This document shows, in pieces, positions 45,240-52,805 of a DNA stretch of 52,805 bases (position 1 is its first letter; every line of letters starts with the position of its first letter). Source of the DNA: Octopus bimaculoides (taxonomy: Eukaryota); contig NC_068981.1 of the NCBI RefSeq assembly GCF_001194135.2, positions 9,144,821-9,197,625 of the forward strand, read 5' to 3'. The translations under genes were made by a program, and so were the position numbers. The notes beneath the pieces were generated by a model. The model was not told the origin of the DNA and searched no databases. It worked only from the letters and a program-made list of their open reading frames with translations.

Positions 45240-47402
45240 AGTGAAAATGTCTAATTCAAATATATTAGCAATAAGAGCAAAAGGGTGGTTAACAGACATG
45301 GAAATAGAAGAGATAAAAAGGAAAGTAGAAAATAGAAATAATACTTCACCAACAGATTACGTGCGCAGTGAGAACAGAGAAATGAATCTTGGTAGTAAAG
45401 ATGTAGAGCAAAGTGGAAATGTAAATGTATTCTGAGCAAATGAAGCAGAAGTAATAAGAAGAGCTATATCACAAGAATACGATGATGACCAACAAGACAT
45501 AGTGAGGACGCTGTGTCGATGAGAGAAGACCAGGATCAAGCACCCCGCAACCTGAGGTACATTGATCGACGCAAGCTCAAGGTTGAAACCGAAAAGATAG
45601 ATTCGGTTCTTGGGCTATTCCAGGCGAGAAAATATAACTGAAACTAACAAGATTATTTGGGCTGCAGCTTTGGTTGTTGCAGATAGAGTTGGATACAAAA
45701 GAAAAGAACAAACAGAACGTAGAGAACCATTCTGGCGTAGACGAATTTGTGAGAAACAAAGTTAAAAAGACATTTAGGAGACAAGTTGATAGATTGAGAA
45801 GAGGGGAATTGCAGAACGAAAGCATAAGAATTATACTTTCTACCAAAGGCACAAGGCCTGAAATTTTGGAGGAGGGGACTAGTTGATTACATCGACCCCA
45901 GTGCGTAACTGGTACTTATTTTATCGACCGTGAAAGGATGAAAGGCGAAGTCGACCGTGATAGAATTTGAACTCAGAACCTAAGGGCGGACGAAAAACCA
46001 CTAACCATTTTGCCCGACGTGCTAACGATTCTGCAAGTTCGCTGCCTTACGAAAGCATAAGAATAATGTTGGAGAGAACATATAGAATAAGAGATAAAGG
46101 TTATGATGCGATATTGGAAGAATTGAAACAAAGAGTAGGAGCAACCAATGCAAAACAGGAAAGATATGAGAATAGAAAAAGACGGTTCAGGCAAAACAGA
46201 TTGTTTAAAGCAAATCAGAAGAAACTGTTTCAGGAACGAGATGGGTAAATAAATACACGTAACAATGATCCCAGATGCAGAGGAAAGCAAGGCATTTTAG
46301 AGAAGGATCTGGGACCAACCTGGAGAGTATAATGATGAAGCGGAGTGGCTGCATGAAATCCAAGATAGGTTAAGAAATATTGAAGTCCAAGAAGACGTAA
46401 AGATAACTACAGAAATGATAAAGAAGCAGTTAAGAAAATTCCCCATTTGGAAGAGCCCAGGACTGGATGGGGTCCAAGGTTATTGGATGAAGAAGCTGAG
46501 AGGGCTCCGTGAAAGGATAGCGCAACAGCTAAATGAGTGCTTACAGGAAGGCGCAGTACCCAGCTGGATGACAAAGGGAAAGACATTGTTATGTGCCAAG
46601 GATCCTCAAAAGACCAACTTTAGACCAATAACATGCCTTTCGTTAATGTGGGAACTATTGTCAGGTGCATTGGCCGGTGAACTGTACAGATACTTGGAAA
46701 GAAGTGGGCTGCTACTCATTGAGCAGAAAGGATGCCGAAAAAGGAACCGGGGAACGAAGGATCAGCTCTTAATTGATAATCTAAATATCAGGAACTGCAA
46801 GAGAAGACACACAAACCTGAGCATGGAATGGGTTGACTATCGCAAAGCAGACGATATGATACTACACTCATGGGTGATAAAAACAATGGAAATGTATGGA
46901 GTAGCAGAGAATATGAGAAGCCTTATACGGAATAGCATGAAATGCTGGAGAACGGAATTGACAGCAGGGAAGCAAGCACTAGGAGAGGTGAAAATCAAGA
47001 GAGGAATTTTCCGGGGGACAGTGTATTCTCACTGATATTCGCGCTGAGAACGATCACCTTAAGTGAAATACTACTACAGAAAACACAGTAGGGGTAAGAT
47101 CTGAGAAGAGTTAAGGGGAAACTGAACCACTTCTTATTCATGAATGACCTAAAGCTATTCACAAAAAGTAAGTCAGAACTGGACAGCCTAGTCCAGTCTG
47201 TGCGGATTTTCTCCAGTGATATTAAGATGGAGTTTGGACTCTCAAAATGTGCTGCGATGGTGATGAGACGAGGAAAGCTTGTCAGGACAGAAGGCACATG
47301 GTTGCCAAGTGATGAAATGATGACGGCAATTCAACCTCAATCCAGCTATAAATACCCGGGAAGATGGAATCAAACACCATGGCATGAAGGAAAGGACAAA
47401 AG
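45240..47402 (+). mobile_element. R4/Dong-type LINE, N-terminal region plus RT, interrupted by a SINE
   Basis: RQNRLFKANQKKLF; WKSPGLDGVQGYWMKKL; NFRPITCL; [19 protein letters not shown]; WVDYRKA; LNHLLFMNDLKLF; MEFGLSKCA. Confidence 0.92.
45832..46048 (-). mobile_element. tRNA-head SINE inserted in the LINE, with 16-bp TSD
   Basis: ACGAAAGCATAAGAAT at 45816-45831 and 46049-46064 flanks a reverse-oriented AAGGCAGCGAACTTGCAGAATCGTTAGCAC... element. Confidence 0.93.
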
Positions 47403-47807
47403 NNNNNNNNNNNNNNNNNNNNNNNNNNNNNNNNNNNNNNNNNNNNNNNNNNNNNNNNNNNNNNNNNNNNNNNNNNNNNNNNNNNNNNNNNNNNNNNNNN
47501 NNNNNNNNNNNNNNNNNNNNNNNNNNNNNNNNNNNNNNNNNNNNNNNNNNNNNNNNNNNNNNNNNNNNNNNNNNNNNNNNNNNNNNNNNNNNNNNNNNNN
47601 NNNNNNNNNNNNNNNNNNNNNNNNNNNNNNNNNNNNNNNNNNNNNNNNNNNNNNNNNNNNNNNNNNNNNNNNNNNNNNNNNNNTTGCTTCTATACTTTCT
47701 GGAGGAGTAACCCCAACCCTATAAATATTACCAAAATGAAGTAGATTGACAAGTTTATTTTTTGAACCTGTGGAAGATACATGAGATGTCGAAATATCGT
47801 TCACTTG

Positions 47808-47808
<1 letters not shown>

Positions 47809-47874
<66 letters not shown>
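47809..47874. repeat. (TAA)n tract 5' of a Dong-type fragment
   Basis: Direct inspection; a similar tract at 48825-48909 precedes the next fragment. Confidence 0.95.
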
Positions 47875-47875
<1 letters not shown>

Positions 47876-48630
47876 GAATTAAGGTCCAATTATATGAAGT
47901 GCAGAAAAGACAACACTATCGATAGCGATAAATGTAGAATGTGAGGAGAGGTGGGTGAAACGGTATGGCATATCGTTAGCGAATGCCCGAAATTGGTACA
48001 ACGCGAATACAAGAGACACCATGACAATGTGGCAAGAATAATCCATTGGGAGCTCTGTGGAAATCACGACCTACAAAGAGCATTGGAAACTGTGCGAAAA
48101 GTGGGGGCTAGCGAGAGGCATAACGTGGTGTGAGCACAAACGGCAGAGAGTAGCAGAGTCAGAGACTAACAAAATCCTCTGGGATTTCCCAATCCAAACA
48201 GATCAGGTGCTAGAGTATGACAAACCGGACCTAGTCGCGGTGGGCAAGGTGCACCACATATGCTATATAGTCGATGCTGCATGCCTCTTTGACCCATGAA
48301 TAGACAAGAAGAAAGGTGAAAAGATAAATAGATACAACCCTCTTAAGTATGAAATAGCCCAGCTATGGAAAATGAAGGTGAAGATAGTGCCAATTATTGT
48401 TGGGTCCTTGGGAACAGTATCAGAAGGTACCAAGAGGAATATAAAGGAAGTTAAAATAGAGTACCCAGTAGAACTGTTACAAAAGGTTTGCCTCTTTGGC
48501 ACGGCCAGAATAATCAGGAAAGTATTAGATAGCTGAACAGAACGGATAACATGGTACCGTATGGTGCAGATAGTAAGCCCGTTGCGTATGCAAGATCCCC
48601 CCAGAGCCCCAACAAAACCTGTGATGAAGA
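47875..48630 (+). mobile_element. 5'-truncated R4/Dong-type LINE 3' part (CCHC plus RLE), between (TAA)n and (GAT)n
   Basis: CRM..ETVWHIVSEC...HHDNVA; ILWDFPIQTD...KPDLV...IVDAAC; EK..RY..LKYEI..LW..V.IVPIIVGSLG. Confidence 0.92.
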
Positions 48631-48825
48631 GAAAATGATGATGATGATGATGATAATGATGACGATTTCATTTATTTGCCACCAGGGCGGATGAAGGGGT
48701 CAATACAAAGACAGACACAAAGTGTACGTATTTACATGTGATGAAATGATAAAATAATCATAAGAAAAGGTAAGTATACACGATATACAATGAAAAGGAA
48801 GGGAAATATACAAAGTTAAAAAAAA

Positions 48826-48890
<65 letters not shown>

Positions 48891-48909
48891 TTGATATTAA
48901 TAATAATAA

Positions 48910-50765
48910 TGAAATTATGAGAGATTCTGAGAAAATACCTGATTGGTTAGCAAGTGGTATTACTTAACAACTTCCAAAGAATGATGAAATGAAATTTGTC
49001 CAAAACTGTTGGCCCATAACCTGTCTATTTACCACGTATAAAATTTTAACACCCATCCTCGTGGAGAAAACATACAGATTTATGGAACAGAACGATATTT
49101 TCCCCACTGAAGAAAAAAATGCCGATGAGGCTTATATGGATGCAAAGATCAACTCCTAATCAATCACATGATCCTTGACAACTGTATGAGTATAAAACTG
49201 ACAAGAAAATAGGTCATCTGTTTTATAACGGATGGCTTAAAACTCTATGGCAAAGACAATAATGAGCTTGAAGGCTTGTTACGTACTGTAAAAACATTCA
49301 GTGATGACATTGGGATGGAATTTGATCTTGATAAATGTGCCAAGGCCACTTTCCAGAAAGGGGAATTGAAGACCTCACATTCAGTGGTGTTAGATGTTGA
49401 CGGAGTTATAAAAGGACTTGAGAAGGAACAAACTTACGAATACCTCGGTTTAAATGAGAGCATTCAGCATGCAAACATGAAAAAGAAGATCAGAAAAGGA
49501 ATGTTACAGGAGAGTTCGAGCAGTCCTAAAATCTGAGTTAGATGCACGTACTAAGGTGTTAGCCATAAATTCCTTAGCCATTCCAATTTTTATTTATAGT
49601 TTTAATGTGCTGAACTGGAATATCAGCGAAGGACAGGGAAATCCGTAAGCTGCTGACTTGCAATAAAATGCACCGCCCAAAGGCAGATGCAGATAGTCTT
49701 TACCTTCCCAGAGCCCAAGGAGGTCGAGGCTTCATCCAATTTGAAATCTATAAAACCACCACAATTGAACTGGCAATATATATTGAAACATCTAACGACT
49801 GAATGTTAAAGCTCATTGAAAACCACGAAAGACGTAAGAAGCTTCATTCTGTAATGGAGGAGAGCAAAAAATTTGTTAGTGAGTTCATGCATAATACCCA
49901 GGTTGAACAGTTTGAGCGAAGTGCAGCAACTGTAGTTGCAAACAAGGTGAAATCAATCGAAAAGCAAAATGCATTTGAACAATTGGCTGATAGGAGGAAA
50001 CAAAAACCTCTGCGTAGCAAATATGTGACCCATAGTAAAGAACCTGATGTAGACCAGAAGTGCACTCATCAATGGCTCATCAATGGCTCGGGGATAAAGG
50101 CAGAGAGTGAAGGCTTTGTTTTAATTGCTCAAGATCAGAGCTTATTGACCCACAACTACCAAGCCAATGTGATGAAAAACGAAGTAGACCCAAAGTGTCG
50201 ATACTGGAACGATGAAATTGAAACAGTGGACCACCTAATCTCTGGGTGGAAGATTTTACCACCTGTAGAGTATAAATCCAGACATGATTGAGTTGGCCAA
50301 TATCTACATTGGTTAATATGACGGCATTATAAAATCAAAAGTGCTGACAAATGGTACAAGCACCACCCCGAGGCTGTAACTGAGGGAGAAAATGTAACTA
50401 TTCTTTGGGACTTTCCAGTGCATACAGACCGGACCTTCAAAGCAAATAAACCAAATATTGTTTTGAAAAACCAAAACAATAAAATCTGTTTATTGATTGA
50501 CATGAGCATGCTATGTGATTATAATAACTCGGTAAAAGAATTTGATAAGCTCAGAAAATATAAAGATTTACTGATTGAAATCGAAAAAATGTGGCATCTC
50601 AAGACCGTTACAATACCAGTGGTTGTAGGAGCACTTGGAACGATCAAAAAGGGAGCTGAAAATTATTTGAGGATGATCCCTGGCTTATCATCCATGCAGG
50701 AAGTGCAAAAGATTGTCTCAACTGATACGTCACACGTATTGAGAAGAACATTGTCGCTGGGAATT
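48910..50765 (+). mobile_element. 5'-truncated R4/Dong-type LINE (RT to RLE, internally deleted), directly after (AAT)n
   Basis: IPDWL..G; IGMEFDLDKCAK; YEYLG; LYLPRAQGGRG; SGIKAESEGFVLIAQDQSL; RHD; ILWDF..HTDR...NKPNIV...LLIDM; KY..L..EIEKMW...IPVVVGALG. Confidence 0.92.
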
Positions 50766-50910
50766 GTCTTTCCTTTTTCCCCTTTATTTTCTTTTTTCAT
50801 TTTTTCTTCTTTTCCTTCTTTCCTTTATCTTTTTGCCTTTTTTCCCCTTTTTGTCTACTACATGACTTTGTAAATGAACAATTTGGTGTGTTTATTTTAA
50901 TGGCCTACCA

Positions 50911-51485
50911 ATGTGATGTGCGAGAGTACGACGTCCCCATGAGGATATAACATCTGGCGACGAGGATCGTTCGAAACTAACATTGGTTATTTGACAATAT
51001 CTGCATCATGGAAAACCTATTAGCCGCAATAGTACAGCTTTAAGAGAAGCAACAGGAACAACTACAGGAGTTTCAAAAATAAATACAACAACAACAATTG
51101 AGTTACAGTCGGCGAAGTCCGAAAATCCAGGAGGCTCGTTTACGCAGACGGTGTGGCTAACACAATTTCTGAATTTACGTATAATCCGAAGGAGGATATT
51201 ATGTTTCCTGCGTATTGCAGAAGATACGAAGGAATTTTTAATAACGAGTCCAATCCATGGTCAGAGGAGCAGCAAGTAAGGCTTTTACTATGCAAGATAG
51301 CTCCTGCTGAACATGAGCGTTATTGTAACTTTATTCTGTCCCAAAAGTCGAGTGAGATTGGTTTCCAAGGAACGGTGGAGCTGCTTTCAAAATTTTTTAT
51401 GATAGAAGTTCATTATTCAACACCAGAATGGAGTGTTAGAACTTAACAAAAAATGAGGAGGAGGATTTTATCACCTCCGCCGGAG
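50911..51485 (+). mobile_element. Ty3/Gypsy 5' part: short LTR remnant, PBS and gag N-half
   Basis: ANTISEFTYNP...RRYE..F...VRLLLCKI...EHERYCNFIL...F..TVELLSKF, then EEEDFITSAG up to the hAT junction. Confidence 0.85.
50955..50967 (+). other. Retrotransposon primer-binding site complementary to the tRNA-Ser(GCU) 3' end
   Basis: TGGCGACGAGGAT begins 2 nt after an ...ACA end (50950-50952) and precedes gag; it matches the reverse complement of the recalled tRNA-Ser(GCU) end ...AUCCUCGUCGCCA. Confidence 0.75.
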
Positions 51486-52805
51486 CAGGCTTACCAAACG
51501 TATTTTGATGGAAGTACCAGATTTAGCAAAATAAAAGTAACAAGTTTGATATTATTTAGGACTAAAAATATTCTTTCAGCTGCAGCTGAAGAATGTGGTA
51601 ATGATAGGAGCTGAAACATAAAGCATGATAAGACCGGATAACGAACTTCGTCTCCACATTTTTCCTTAGAAATTTTATATCAATAATCTTCTGGTTTGGG
51701 AGCTTCAGTTATGTCATTGTTATCTTGAAGTTTAAGTTCTCCCCATTCTTTATTAAGAGTTTCAATCTGACTCTCCTGAGCGATATTTGGAAATTTGCAT
51801 GCCAGAGGAACAATTGAACTTGGACCATTGCAGTCACGAATACTAACTGGGTCTAGTGCCTCTAGAAACTTCAGATTACAGAAGAAATTGTGTGCAAAGA
51901 AACGCTGAACAAATTCCTTCCCAAGGTGCACATAAAAGTTTAATGTTTTCACATGAAATTCTTTCAATTCAGTTGTACTAATAGATGAAGCTTTCTTTAT
52001 GTAGATGCTTTCAGATTTTGCTCCTCTCTAAATTTCAGTTATGGAAAGATACACTGATGGATCATTGATGTTAATTTCATGTAGCTCTTATTTTTTCACA
52101 ATTTCTTTTTTAACAAAATTGCCAAGAATTCCCTTCACAGTGCATGTAATAGATTTGTGCATTCTAAAGCTTTCTGTTTGGAAATCTAAGTTCGACTTAA
52201 TTATATCTAGCAAAATATATGCTAAAAATGCAGAATACATCTCTGTGATTGGATTTGTTAAAGACCTCAGTACAAACTGCACTGTTGTTATCTTCAATAG
52301 CAGCAGTAGTAAAGAATAACACAAGAGCAGGCCACTGTTCTAATATTCTTTTGACAACTTGTTCTAAAGGTAACCACCTTGTACAACTTAATATGTAATA
52401 ATTTATGAGGATGCGATTGAGTAAATGCCTGAAATTCTTCATATTCCTGCAGTCTCTTTGGGCTATTTGAGAGGAATGAATATATGCTTCTAGCAAGTTC
52501 TTCTATGCCTTTGATGCACAGATATGAATAGAGTGACAGACACAACCCTGAATACAGAGAGGGGGAACTTTGTTCTTCAGTGATGCCTGCACACCTCTCT
52601 TCTGTTCCACCATTACACTAGCATTGTCACTGGAAAATCCTATCAACTTTTCAAAAGGGATATCATTTAAAGTGAAGGATCTTTCAATAGAGGAAACAAT
52701 TCCATTAGCAGAGCAATCCTTGGCTTCCAAAAGAATTAAATAACAATATTTTTTTGAGTGCTACAATCATAGAATCTGGTTAACAGAACAAGCTGTTTTT
52801 TTTTT
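51486..52805 (-). mobile_element. hAT DNA transposon, 3' half (catalytic core, dimerisation domain, TIR)
   Basis: LIGFSSDNASVM; CVCH (CxxH); RWLPLEQVVKRILEQWPAL; C-terminal LSLPHSSAAAERIF; TIR CAGGCTTACCAAAC at 51486 after TSD CGCCGGAG (51478-51485). Confidence 0.9.

Noticed and set aside
50951-50990. GCGACGA-GGA-TCG-TTC-GAAAC looks like a hammerhead core
   Set aside because: Better explained as the tRNA-Ser primer-binding site TGGCGACGAGGAT; C3 is absent and no helix I/III is found.

Overview
Eukaryotic, AT-rich, microsatellite-dense draft-assembly sequence with 11 N-gaps (3335-3707, 7334-7363, 10313-10653, 21197-21206, 22040-22446, 23356-23558, 29288-29752, 32047-32270, 37138-38060, 39560-40379, 47403-47683). 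The SINE, LINE and microsatellite repertoire suggests Octopus (inference from recalled repeat families). One host gene is present on the minus strand: a hexa-EF-hand calbindin-32/calretinin-family gene (Drosophila Cbp53E orthologue). I reconstructed 10 coding exons by hand (201-36213); all have canonical GT-AG sites and splice into one open frame. Exon 1 was not found. The introns and upstream region hold decayed mobile elements: about 12 R4/Dong-type RLE LINE fragments, CR1/L2-group and RTE fragments, tRNA-derived SINEs, a Tc1/mariner remnant and MITE, a Gypsy gag remnant and a hAT transposon. Nearly all long ORFs in the supplied track are microsatellite, gap or antisense-to-transposon artefacts. 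Top leads: (1) a 220-bp-arm palindromic element in intron 4 carrying a type I hammerhead-like ribozyme with a non-canonical CCGACGA core on each strand; (2) one hAT-in-Gypsy insertion whose two halves, with matching 8-bp TSD, lie about 48 kb apart in inverted orientation; (3) three SINEs of two subfamilies stacked between four copies of one 17-bp target; (4) a second long foldback in intron 6.
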